Assembly (NCBI GenBank): GCA_032718475.1
Contig: JAUCBJ010006870.1
Span: 1-32,348 of the forward strand
Length of the DNA stretch: 32,348 bases
From: Nemertoderma westbladi
Taxonomy: Eukaryota > Animalia > Xenacoelomorpha
Reading direction: 5' to 3'
In this document: one piece after another, positions 1 to 10,411 of the stretch
How positions within the stretch are numbered: position 1 is the stretch's first letter
Layout: every line of letters starts with the position of its first letter
Program-made: the position numbers and the translations under genes
Notes under the pieces: model-generated
The model's input: the letters and a program-made list of their open reading frames with translations, nothing else
Databases searched by the model: none
Told to the model about the DNA's origin: nothing

Positions 1-850
1 GCCCGACCGCAACGTTGACCCCCCGCCAGCGTTGCCCGCCTTTGAATCCTCCGCTCTCCCTTCGTCGCCCAACCCCCCGATGCGCCCACCGCCTACTGGC
101 ACCTTAGCCCTCCATTATGCTAATAGCTACCGTAGCGGCGCATGCAAATCACAAAGTCTGACAGTCTCAGAAATCCCTTAGGATTATTGCGCAGAAAGGA
201 ATCACGTAGAACCATTAATCAAAAGGTAGAAATCATAGTTCAGTTGTAATTAGCAGTAATCGACAGGAATTAATTGAGAAACACAAGCAAGAATAATCGC
301 ACTCGAATTATTTTAAGAAACTAATCAAAATTAGCAAATTGCAGAAAATCAGTCAAAAAATACATAGGGACAGCTCAGCAAGTACAACAGCAATAATTGG
401 GGTGTCACATGGGGTTCTACCGGCACGCCGTCAATTTATAGGTGATCCGAGTGGGATGATGCAATAGGGTGACTCAATCGCTCTCCTATTGGCTCTCCAG
501 TCCATGCTAGCATTAGACCAACCTGGAAGCAGTTAATCCAATAAGGAGGCCGGATTGTAGCCCTATTGCTCAAATTATTACCATATATGGTAATGGTTCA
601 CGTCTCTGGCTACTGAACGGCCAGGACGGCGTCCCTATATGCTAGCCCTACTAAAGCTAATATCAGCAAGCACGGAATCCAGGGTCCGAATAAACTTACC
701 CTGGAACTATCTACATATAACCTAATACAAAATTACGTAGGTAGGGCTACATACTATACAAAATGAATGGATTCAACTATATGGGTGTTCCGATTTCCCT
801 ATCTAAATATCATTGCGTCATTATGCCTTATCTAAAATATTATGCTGCAC

Positions 851-925
851 AACGGACTAATATTACGTACAGTATAACGGACTAATATTGCATACTGCAT
901 AACGGACTAATATTGCATACTGCAT
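851..925. repeat. 25-bp minisatellite (AACGGACTAATATTGCATACTGCAT) x3
   Basis: Units at 851-875, 876-900 and 901-925. The last two are identical and the first has a few substitutions. Confidence 0.9.
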
Positions 926-943
926 GATGACTAATAATATGGA

Positions 944-1794
944 CTTCTGTGTCACAATATAACAATCCAATGCCAGCAACGATTACTTCTGGTATTCCAT
1001 AAACTCTTAGGATTTCAAGCATTTTACCTCTATGGATGGAGTCGAATGCCTTCTTGAAGTCCACAAAAGTCATAACTGCGGAGAGATTCTTTGACTTAAT
1101 TCATTGAATCAGTCTCCGTAGTGCAAGTATCTGAGCTATTGTTGATCTACTTGGTCGAAATCCGTTTTGGCTCTTACGCAGTAGTTTCTCTATGTGAGGC
1201 CTAATCCTATATAGAATCATTTTATTGTATATTTTGGCAGCTACCATAAGCAGACAGATCCAAAGATAGTTTGTTGGTATACCGAGGTCTCCTTTCTTGG
1301 GGAGAGGCTTTAGTTGACCTTTAGTCCAAATTGGTGGAGGCTTTTCCCCTTATAACATCCGGTTGCAAACATTCAATAATGGTCTGTTTAGCACTCCTGT
1401 TTTCCATACCTCCGCTGGAATTTCATCTAATCCACTCGCTTTATTATTGGACATGCTATTAATGCTTCTTTGGAGTTCGGCAGGTGTGAAGTCCCCTGTC
1501 TCTATAGGTAGTGTCTTGTCATATATTTTCCTTGTAGGGCTGACCTCGATGTTTGGTGGCTGCCCAAGCAAATTGCTGAACTGATTTTACACTTCCCCAC
1601 ACGTTCTTCGGAACTATCGGCATTGAGGCGCCCCTTTGCACAACTTTTCCGACCAGATACCTCATTCACAGTTTGCCAGGTAAGTCTTGATTGTTGATGT
1701 ATGTGAGCAGTTGTAATTGCTTCTATTTTATCCTGTATGTACTTTTCCTGGCTGATGTTGTAGGCCATTTAATATCGTCCTTAGCTTTCTCAAC
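944..1794 (-). mobile_element. RTE-like non-LTR retrotransposon fragment (family A, copy 1; N-terminal half of RT, pseudogenised, no 3' tail)
   Basis: Broken ORFs with LINE RT motifs (NNKASGLDEIPAEVWK, FVDFKKAFDSIHR). Closely collinear with 23005-23855. Contains stops and frameshifts. Confidence 0.9.
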
Positions 1795-1825
1795 CTTGGC
1801 GCGAAAAATCTACCAACTGCTTAAG

Positions 1826-2084
1826 TGTCCGGAATATTTCGGAATCCCGGACATTGAAAATATCACAGACCGAAAGAAAACATGTATTTCTTGCTTGCTA
1901 GTATATTACTCAGTTCGTATATATATCAGTATATGATAGGACAACGTACATACATAAATGTCAGATAACACAAAACTAAAACAGTAAAACTAAAGGCCCA
2001 GTGTACTCTACTGCCGTACTGCCTGACTGAACTACCAACTGAAAGCACCCAGCTGATCATCCTAAATCCAGTATATTTGGGACA
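1826..2084 (-). repeat. 3' LTR of BEL/Pao element (259 bp)
   Basis: TGTCC...GGACA termini. Differs from 5483-5751 by 2 substitutions and 2 indels (3 bp and 7 bp) by eye. Confidence 0.95.
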
Positions 2085-2209
2085 CACTGGGCCCCAGAGA
2101 AAATACATATTTGCACAACAGATACTTAGCTTCATGGATAAGACAAAACTAGTAAGACACAAATATGTTTACATAGAAATTTGATTAAAAATATCTTTCA
2201 AATATAAAT

Positions 2210-3030
2210 TCAATCGCTTTCACCTTCACTTTCACTTTCATAGACTTGCATAATTTTACGTCTTGCGTCAATAGCAGCTTTACGTTTCGGTCGAACTACA
2301 TTAGCATTCAGTCTAATAATGTTACTCAATTTCGGTGAATTTGTGAACCATTGTCGCAAAGGAAACCGACCTTCCCTTAAAATAGCGCGACTTTGAATGT
2401 AAAAATCAATAAGTCGATCTTCGGATACCTCTGTATCCTGTAAATTGTCTACATACATATTTTGCAAAATTATTTTTGCAATAGGAGCATTACACTGTTT
2501 AAGGTGATGTTGAATAGTTGAGTTCAACAAAAATTGGCTGCAGTTTGCACCAAATAAAACCACTTTAAATCTATAAGTCAAAATTGGACTATTAAGATCA
2601 AATGGATTTTTAGGCCAAAGAAATCTAGTGACGTCACGGTCTATTTCGGCTAACCCTATTTGAAAATAAGCCTTTTCAATATCAGAAATAGCACAGAAAT
2701 TATGAATACGAAAACGTAACAATAAATCATACAGTAGTTGATTTGTAGGCGGACCAGTTAACAAACAATCATTTAAACTGACATTGTTTTTACCGCTACC
2801 AGAAGAACAATCATACACTATACGTAAAGGAGTAGTGGCGGATTGCGGTTTTTCTACACCGTGGTGTGGTATATAGTGCACCAGATTACCGCTACGAGTG
2901 ATTCCATTGGATACAAAAATATCATCAACAGGAACTAATTCAATAAAATTTCTAGTTAACTGCTCATTAACTAAGTTATTGTAACAAGTTAGAAAGTCTG
3001 GGTTTCTACGTAATTTATTTAATGTAGATT
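2210..3030 (-). pseudogene. BEL/Pao reverse transcriptase, fused directly to a pol C-terminal tail
   Basis: HYIPHHGV, TTPLRIVYDCS, SLNDCLLTGP, SDIEKAYFQI, VVLFGANCSQFLL, MYVDN and FPLRQW motifs. The frame stays open upstream of 2881 to about 3030 (STLNKLRRNPDF...YNNLVNEQLTRNFIE). Ends in RPKRKAA. Confidence 0.9.
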
Positions 3031-5270
3031 AGTGATAAATGGGCGTGGTTTTGTAACCATGGCAACCTTGTAATGTACATACCATCACTATATTCAATGC
3101 TATTATTAAATTCAAGAATAGCTGTTTCGTGATCAAAATTGGTAGCATTCATGTTAATACCAATTTCATCTAAACTCCACAAACGTTCTAAACATACAGA
3201 AACGTCATTACATTGGAGACATAATTCACTTGGTTTAACATTGCAATATTCAAAATTATGATTTACACTAATGCCAATGTGCATAACAGAAATAACGTTA
3301 TTTTGTATACGTGTATCAGAAATCTTACCAGAATGTACATTTCCTACTATGATATTACCCAAATTGGATGGTAATACATTTACGTCATTTATAACATTAT
3401 CATTGTAAACAAAATTGAAATACTGATCACTACCAATAAGTAAACAAATATTGGAAATGGAATCCCCACGGCAAGGATCCGCTAAACTAAATCCTTGTAA
3501 TGTAAACCGATCGACGATCGCGGAACGGCCCGGAGTCGACAAACGAGGCAATCTATCAACTAAAATAGCGTTTGTTTCCACGAAACCATCTGAGGTTTCA
3601 ACGTTAAATGAAACTACATCGTACCATTGACACAATCCGTCACTATTAATCCCATCGATACCGATCCAAATCCGTTCCACAATAGGAAGATGTAATGATT
3701 CAGCAGCTTGACGGAGCAATAGAGTACGTTGCGAGTCTTGATCGAAAAGCGCCCGCAACTTATAGGTACGACGATTATTATCGCTAATAACCGGAACTAC
3801 GGCAGTCGGTAGTAGCGTTGAATGGTTATCGGTAACCAGAGTAGAAAAGGAGACGGAGGCAACACTTCCCTTTGAACCACTAGATGCAGTCGGTTGTCGG
3901 TTTGTGTCTCTAGAGCTAGATGCTTGGGATTGTAATAACGTGGAACCGTGAAGCACTGTATGATGGCGACTGTTACAAACGAAACAATTTTGAGTCGAAC
4001 ACTTCGATAAGTTCGAATGTTCCGGTTTTAAACAGTTGGTACACAGCTTTAATTCATTGACGCGCTGTGCTTTCTTATCAGGCGTTTTATATATATCGCA
4101 GAAACGAACGCTATGCTCACCCTTACACAGGAAGCATTTTATCGGCCTTATAGGTCTATTAGTGAACGTCTTCGATGATGGAGATGAGACGGAGAACGAA
4201 CCGGCGGTTCCGCCTCTGACGTCTTCCGGAGAAAACCTCTTCTTGTCGACCCAACCTCCCTTTCCCTTCGAAGAAATTGTTGGCTGGGATTCTAGCGAAG
4301 TTAACTGCTCGATCTCCTCTTGAAGAGCTTTACGTAGTTCGTCAAGGGTCCAATATGAAGTTCGAGCCGCACGATTAATGTTATCTCGGATTTTGGCGGG
4401 AAGTTTCCTCAACAAAATTTCAGAATAGACATATCCCGCCTCTTCCACATTACCACCGAGATTCCTAATGCCACGTATCTGAGCCTCGTACATAGCTCGG
4501 AACGCAGCAAGTTCCCGAGATGACGCACCCGGGGACTCCAAATCTAGAAGTAGATGTAAACGCGACCGCATAATTAATTGCGGTTTACCGAACGATTCGC
4601 GTAGTAACTGGACAGCTTCCTCGTAATCTTCGTTCGATCTTTGGAAGTTGTCGACTAGTCTGGCAGCATCTCCGCTGAGCTGCCCTTCTAGGTAGGAAAA
4701 CTTCGTCGCCCCAGCTAAATCGGAACGGCTATGAACGGCGTCGTTAAATCTATCCCAAAAGTTAGTCCAGTCGACTGGATTGCCACTGAAAACCGGAAGC
4801 TTTAATACCGGAAGCTTCTGAGTTTTATGAGGGTTTGTAGAGGACGCACCTGATGTATTATGATTGCGAGGATGTTGTGGTTGGCCCATATCATCGAATT
4901 GACCATGATAATCACCAGAATTGAAACGATTGTTGTCCTCTCTAATTCGTATGAACTTCTCACAACGTCGTATTGTGGAAGAAATTCGCATATCGTCCTT
5001 GGAATTCGTTTCTATATCCGCAGCAATGACGTCAGCCTCGACAATATGAGAATATATTTCCTCGTTGACATCGTTCAACTTCGACTGTTGAACTCGAAGA
5101 GCCTCGATAACATCCCGGATCGTGTCGACATCCGGATCGGTTACAAACTCCCTAGTGGCTGCGTCAACATAGATTAAACCATCGAGTTGAGTCATTAGTC
5201 GAGACGCTACCGACTTGTGACCTCGTTGCTTATTTTTCAGGTGTCGTAAGGTGTCAGCATCCATGTCCAT
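3015..5270 (-). CDS. BEL/Pao Gag (DUF1759-like, three Zn knuckles) plus aspartic protease; frameshifted before RT
   Basis: KLPVLKLPVFSGNPVDWTNFWDRF; CFLCKGEH...C, CTNCLKPEH...C, CFVCNSRHHTVLH; protease TLLPTA...ALFDQDSQRT...LLIGSD. First ATG at 5270 (5273 is GTG). Confidence 0.9.
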   Translation of the reverse strand: MDMDADTLRHLKNKQRGHKSVASRLMTQLDGLIYVDAATREFVTDPDVDTIRDVIEALRVQQSKLNDVNEEIYSHIVEADVIAADIETNSKDDMRISSTIRRCEKFIRIREDNNRFNSGDYHGQFDDMGQPQHPRNHNTSGASSTNPHKTQKLPVLKLPVFSGNPVDWTNFWDRFNDAVHSRSDLAGATKFSYLEGQLSGDAARLVDNFQRSNEDYEEAVQLLRESFGKPQLIMRSRLHLLLDLESPGASSRELAAFRAMYEAQIRGIRNLGGNVEEAGYVYSEILLRKLPAKIRDNINRAARTSYWTLDELRKALQEEIEQLTSLESQPTISSKGKGGWVDKKRFSPEDVRGGTAGSFSVSSPSSKTFTNRPIRPIKCFLCKGEHSVRFCDIYKTPDKKAQRVNELKLCTNCLKPEHSNLSKCSTQNCFVCNSRHHTVLHGSTLLQSQASSSRDTNRQPTASSGSKGSVASVSFSTLVTDNHSTLLPTAVVPVISDNNRRTYKLRALFDQDSQRTLLLRQAAESLHLPIVERIWIGIDGINSDGLCQWYDVVSFNVETSDGFVETNAILVDRLPRLSTPGRSAIVDRFTLQGFSLADPCRGDSISNICLLIGSDQYFNFVYNDNVINDVNVLPSNLGNIIVGNVHSGKISDTRIQNNVISVMHIGISVNHNFEYCNVKPSELCLQCNDVSVCLERLWSLDEIGINMNATNFDHETAILEFNNSIEYSDGMYITRLPWLQNHAHLSLIYIK

Positions 5271-5462
5271 CACGCTATTACGTTGCCGTTAAATCGGGAT
5301 CCGTTGACCCAATACAGCAATAGCTGAATAGGCAAGCCTGATTGCTGACTACTGGACTAGCAGACAAGTCTGCTACTGCTAGTGCTGCGGTAAAACGATT
5401 AGGCTCTACCGGTATTACCGGTAAGAGTTATTAAATTGTCAGGACGACAATTTCCGGGCGAG

Positions 5463-5480
5463 TCCCGGGTCACCGCACCA
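5463..5480 (-). promoter_or_regulatory. Primer binding site, tRNA-His-like
   Basis: Minus strand reads TGGTGCGGTGACCCGGGA 2 nt after the 5' LTR. This resembles the complement of the tRNA-His 3' end (TGGTGCCGTGAC...), with a mismatch. Confidence 0.7.
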
Positions 5481-5482
5481 AA

Positions 5483-5751
5483 TGTCCGGAATATTTCGGA
5501 ATCCCGGACATCGAAAATATCACAGACCGAAAGAAAACATGTATTTCTTGCTTGCTAGTATATTACTCAGTTCGTATATATATCAGTATATGATAGGTGG
5601 ATAACGTACATACATAAATGTCAGATAACACAAAACTAAAACAGTAAAACTAAAGGCCCAGTGTACTCTGTACTCTACTGCCGTACTGCCTGACTGAACT
5701 ACCAACTGAAAGCACCCAGCTGATCATCCTAAATCCAGTATATTTGGGACA
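5483..5751 (-). repeat. 5' LTR of BEL/Pao element (269 bp)
   Basis: Direct repeat of 1826-2084, followed on the minus strand by the PBS and gag. Confidence 0.95.
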
Positions 5752-6133
5752 TTAAGACCCAGCATAACCCAATCAGTACGACAAAGGATCAAATATTGGC
5801 AAGGATACTCCACAGTGAATTTAATCGAACTCTGTCATCTCCCATGGTATACCGCCAACGCATCTTTACCTTAACACTGCTTTCAACCAAACTTGCAGTC
5901 GGAATTGGGCGCTGGAGCAGTGTGGGGCGAGCCACGAAAGTAAGCGATTTTTAGATATTGGTACCACTATCTCAATCGGTGTGTCTTTAAGATCTGTAGA
6001 TCTCTAGATCGACAGATCTGTAGATCCGTGTTTTTAAACGTTAATAACTCAGCCAATCCTTGATGATATTTTATCCAAACTTGGTACACATGTTGTTTGG
6101 CAAAAGTTTATAAATTTTCCAAATATAATTTTC

Positions 6134-6897
6134 GTGGGGCCTTCATGACGAGCGCAACGAGGCTAATGAAAGAGGTGAGTATTGTGTTGACTATTCTCGT
6201 AAACAACATTGTTTAGCTAGCATATTGGACGATATGTCATTTTATCAGTAACCTGTGGCGGATTGTTTTATGCTTTATTTTGATGACCAGATGTAAAGGA
6301 CGAGTGCAACGAGGAATGTAAGGAAGACGAGCCTGTGTTGACTATACTCCTAATAACGAGTATTGTTTTGACTCTAATCCTAAACCACATGGTTTAGCAT
6401 ATTTGACTATATATCATTTTGTTTAGTACTGATAATGGAACGTTGTTAGGTATATACTGTATTTGGTGACCAGGTTGTACTAGACGAACGCATTGAGATT
6501 TGCAATGGGTATCCATCTGCCATAAATCAGCAGTTCCTCCCTTAGTTTCGAGACCTTGTATAGTTGTTATAAAGTTCGTCAGTCTGCGTTTAAGAAAAAA
6601 TATTTTGAGACAAAACAGGATGAGCGCAACGAAGCTAATGAAGGAAACGAGCATTGCGTAAAACTAAAAATATCACGCTTAACTTAAAAATAATACTGTT
6701 AAGTTAGTTAATACTGTTTACAAATGACTGTTAAAGCGCGTGTAAGGGCAAACTGAAATTAATCGTTTTTTTACAACCAGTTTAACTCAAACTGAAAGCA
6801 TCACTCATTGGTATTTAGGGAAAGACGGTTTTCGTATATCTAATAGAGATTTAGTACACTCTCTTATATAGGATCTCGTGTTGCGCGAAGGCCCCAC
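6134..6897. repeat. Degenerate repeat bounded by an 11-bp inverted repeat, possible old MITE
   Basis: GTGGGGCCTTC (6134-6144) and GAAGGCCCCAC (6887-6897). Internal motif GAG(C/T)GCAACGA occurs near 6149, 6302 and 6622. No TSD seen. Confidence 0.3.
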
Positions 6898-6951
6898 AAA
6901 GTGTTATCACCTACACCTTTGTAAGTATTGTACTGTAATACGCAATTGGAA

Positions 6952-9718
6952 AAGCCATTGGTGAATCTGAGGCAAGTCACTAGACTAGCCTCAGTAAACA
7001 CCCTAACACTCAGGTCCCCAATGCGACAAGGTTAGCTGACTGCCTTGGCAGATAAGCTTTCTCTTAACGCAGTGGGTGTTCAAGAGCACCGAATGCAGAC
7101 TGGACAGACTGATGAGGTTCTGATTAAGGACATGGGGGGCGGTTGGCGACTCGCCTTCGCTTCAGCAGATGATAGTGGAAATGGTGGAATTGGTCGATTG
7201 ATGAATCCAACTGCACATGCAGCATTGGACAAAATAGACCAAATCTCTAACCGCATCTTCCGTTGCCACTTCTCATGTTCTGGAAGACTGGCTAAGAAGT
7301 TTCCTAAGGTGGTTCTGATTGTGTGCTACTCTCCAACTAGTGTTGCCCCTGTAGAGGAGGTGGAAAATTTCTACCAGAATCTACAAGCAGCTACTGATGG
7401 AGTGGATCCGCATGCATTCTTAACATTCCTGGGAGACTTTAATGCAAGTCTGCATCAATTACCTACATCGCCCTGGGTCTATAGCAAGTGTGTTAACCGA
7501 AATTCCGTCCATCTTCAGGATTTTATCTCTGGAAATGGATTGTTTTCGGCTGGAACCCAGTTCAAGAAAAGAACTGGAAAGCTATGGACTCATAGTGGAC
7601 CCAGTGGTCACAAGTCCCAGATAGACCATATCCTGTTTCGTAGGAAATATAGGAACTCTATACAAGACTGTAATGCATTTACACTACGACCCTTCTCCAG
7701 TGATTACCGCCTTATTGTGGCCAAGGTAAGACTTAGTCTGCGTGCTAGCAGAACAACGAAATCTGCCTTGCCGCGGCATGACTGGTCCTCTCTGTTGCAA
7801 CAGCCAAGTGTGAGATCCAGCTTCACACTACAGCTGAGCAACAGTTATGAGGTTCTTTACTCTGAGGCGGCAGATCACTGTGAGGGCTATACTGCCTTCA
7901 CAGAGGCAGTTAAGGCAGAGGCAGAGTCCCGACTCAAACAGACGACAGCGGCCAAGAAGCAGTTAAGGCTGCATCTAGGTCCTTGCTGGTCTTGCCGTGC
8001 TTGCTGGTCGAAAAAGCCAACCAACCACCAAGGTTAAGGCTGAATCACCAGCCGATCGCCTCAATGGTTGGAGGGCCCACTTTGAAAAGCTCCTCAATAA
8101 TGACAGGGTATTGCCTGATAACTTTATAGATGTAAAAGTGTCTCAGTCTGTACTCCCAGATATTCCCATTGGTGATATCTCCTTTGCAGAAGTGAAGGCT
8201 GCTGCAAAGAGCATTAAGACTAATCGTGCCAGTTGAGTAGGTGGTGTTCCCCCTGAGGTCTTTAAAATACCTGAGTGTTTAAAGCTCATCAATCCCATCA
8301 TAGTAGACATGTATCGAACAACAAGAGTCCCACAAGAAATGAAAACAAATAAGTTGGTGCCAGTTCCCAAGGAGGGCAACCTAACATTCTATGGTTCTTT
8401 TCGGGGAATCTCATTGATCTCGATTGCTGCAAAGCTATACAATAGAATTATATTAAATCGCATCAGGGATCCCATTGAGAGACTGCCCCGTGGAAATCAG
8501 AATGGGTTCCGTAAAGGTCGTGGGACCATGGAGCCAATTTTGGCACTTAGAAGGATAATTGAAGAGTTATCAAAAAAGAAAGACAGGCATCTGGCTATTA
8601 CCTTTGTTGACTTCTTCAAGGCCTTTGATTCAGTCTCTCGCTCACGCATGTTCAGCATACTTTCATTATATGGGATTCCTGATGAAATTATTGCAGCAAT
8701 TAGATCAGTATACGATGGTTCGACAACATTTGTGTCAACTGTTGACGGTGACACAGAACCATTTGAAGTGTTATGGGGCGTTTTCCAGGGAGACACACTT
8801 GCACCATTCTTGTTCATAATTGTTGTTGACTATGTTCTACGCATGTCCTTAGATCATCATAATGATGATGGGGTGATGATAACTCCAACTACTGGCTCCA
8901 GAAGTCGAGGAAATCCTGCCAAGTACCTAACTGATCTAGGCTATGACTTAGGAGTACTCTCAGAATCACTAGAGGGAGCCCAACGGCTCCTCAGCACATT
9001 AGAACATATTGCTTCTAGTGTTGGTCTTTTTATTAACTCCAGAAAGACCAAAATTTTGACAGTTAACTTTGAAAGTCCTCAGCAAGTCTCTGATCGGATG
9101 AGCATAAGCTCAAAAGATGGTATGCTTGAGCATGTGGATGACTTCTGTTACCTGGGATCATGGATCCCGAAGTCAGGTGAGGACCTTCGAATACGTAAGG
9201 GAAAGGCATGGGCAGCCTTTAATAGGCTTTCCAGGATTTGGAAGTCACCGAGAATTAATCGGAAACTTAAGGTCCGATTATTTAGAGCAGCAGTAGTTCC
9301 AGTACTCCTCTATGGGAGTCCATGCTGGGCTCTAACTGCTGAGGACACCAAATGCTGACTGGATGGCACATTCACAAGAATGCTACGCCGGGTTAATTGT
9401 GTCAAGTACGATGCACACATCTCCAACCAGACACTATATAACATTGGAGGTGTCTCATTGGTTCCCCCAAGCTTGACACTAGAACAAAATCGCCTCCGCT
9501 TTGCAGGACATTGCTTTCGCCGTGAGGACCAGCCAGTGCATAATCTTGTACTTCGGCAGCCTCATGGAGTGAATAAGCATGGTGGACAGCCCATGACTTT
9601 CTTGAGACGCATCTTAAAGGACACTGGCCTTGAAGATGCGGATGATCTAGCAAATGTCATGGGTGATAGGGAGTTGTGGCGGTGCAATTTTGTCGATAAG
9701 CCGGCACAACATTCTTAA
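6952..9718 (+). pseudogene. LINE APE-RT polyprotein, disrupted
   Basis: In-frame stops at 7033-7035, 8234-8236 and 9356-9358. Frameshift or deletion near 7960-8030. The RT catalytic YADD motif is reduced to YD. Confidence 0.88.
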
Positions 9719-9763
9719 AAATGCAGCTGCAATGCAGCATGCCGATCCTAGTAGTAGTAGTAA
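6952..9763 (+). mobile_element. RTE-like LINE (family B), APE endonuclease + RT, pseudogenised, with (TAG)n tail and 16-bp TSD
   Basis: TSD TAATACGCAATTGGAA at 6936-6951 and 9764-9779. Tail (TAG)4TAA at 9749-9763. APE motifs RLASVNTLTL, GVQEHR, LGDFNA, SQIDHIL, SDY. RT motifs QNGFRKGR, FVDFFKAFDSV, QGDTLAPFLF, FCYLGS. Confidence 0.93.
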
Positions 9764-10331
9764 TAATACGCAATTGGAATCCCACATAATTAGGGAATGC
9801 CCACTTCTAGCTTATGTGCGCTGCGCATGTTACACCCGGATATAAAAACTCCATCTGTCTGTTTGGTTACCTCACGCTCACAATCTACTGTATGTCCTTT
9901 TAACTTCTACTCAGCATTAAAAGAAGAATAGACCATATAATTTTAAAATATTTAAACCCAACACTGCACTATGACAAGTTCAGTTTATGTATTAATTAAG
10001 AACGTTTGTTTATAGACTATTAATTTGTAGTATATTTACTTATTTTCAGATAGGGGCGGGGGGGGGGGGGGCAAATAACAGCTGCTTAGTCTCAAAAATA
10101 AAACTGTAACCTATTCTATTGCGTTTAGTTTATTGTTTTGATTAAAATAACGTGCACTGTAACCTGCTCCTTTCCATAAATTGAGAATTTAACGTTGAGG
10201 CGGGATATTAATTTGCCAAGACGGGATTTGCGTCCAGTCCCCCCCCCCCCCCCACCCCCCCCCCCCATGTCTCTTTATTTTACACTTAAGACATCTTATA
10301 ACAAATAATACCGGTCATTATTTTACAAATA

Positions 10332-10411
10332 TTATATTATATTATTACACAAATAACTTATATTATATTATTACACAAATAACTTATATTATATTATTAT
10401 ACAAATAATTA
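10332..10411. repeat. 26-bp AT-rich minisatellite (TTATATTATATTATTACACAAATAAC) x~3
   Basis: Directly visible tandem units. Confidence 0.85.

Larger units (their letters stand above)
1826..5751 (-). mobile_element. BEL/Pao LTR retrotransposon, internally deleted (3926 bp)
   Basis: Two TG...CA LTRs (1826-2084, 5483-5751), 5-bp TSD TTAAG (1821-1825 and 5752-5756), a PBS, and a BEL-type gag-protease-RT reading frame. Confidence 0.95.

Noticed and set aside
1-850. Possible LTR end plus PBS (GGGGTGTCACA TGGGGTTCTACC at 399-421) and a GC-rich stretch at 1-130
   Set aside because: No second LTR, TSD or recognisable ORF in the window. The PBS match is imperfect and the orientation ambiguous.
851-925. 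CRISPR-like array
   Set aside because: The units are contiguous with no unique spacers, there are no cas genes, and the context is eukaryotic. The same applies to 11408-11614 and 19446-19655.
5950-6130. AGATC-rich stretch followed by AAACTTGGTACACATG, reminiscent of Helentron-type repeats
   Set aside because: No termini could be defined. The resemblance is by memory only.
8234-9358. In-frame TGA codons in LINE ORFs as stop-codon recoding
   Set aside because: The same copies also have frameshifts, a TAG stop and catalytic deletions, and PNISR ends normally at TGA. Ordinary decay explains it.
10053-10266. G-run and C-run as inverted ends of an element or G-quadruplex
   Set aside because: Homopolymers only, with no TSD or further complementarity. 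Run lengths are unreliable in assemblies.
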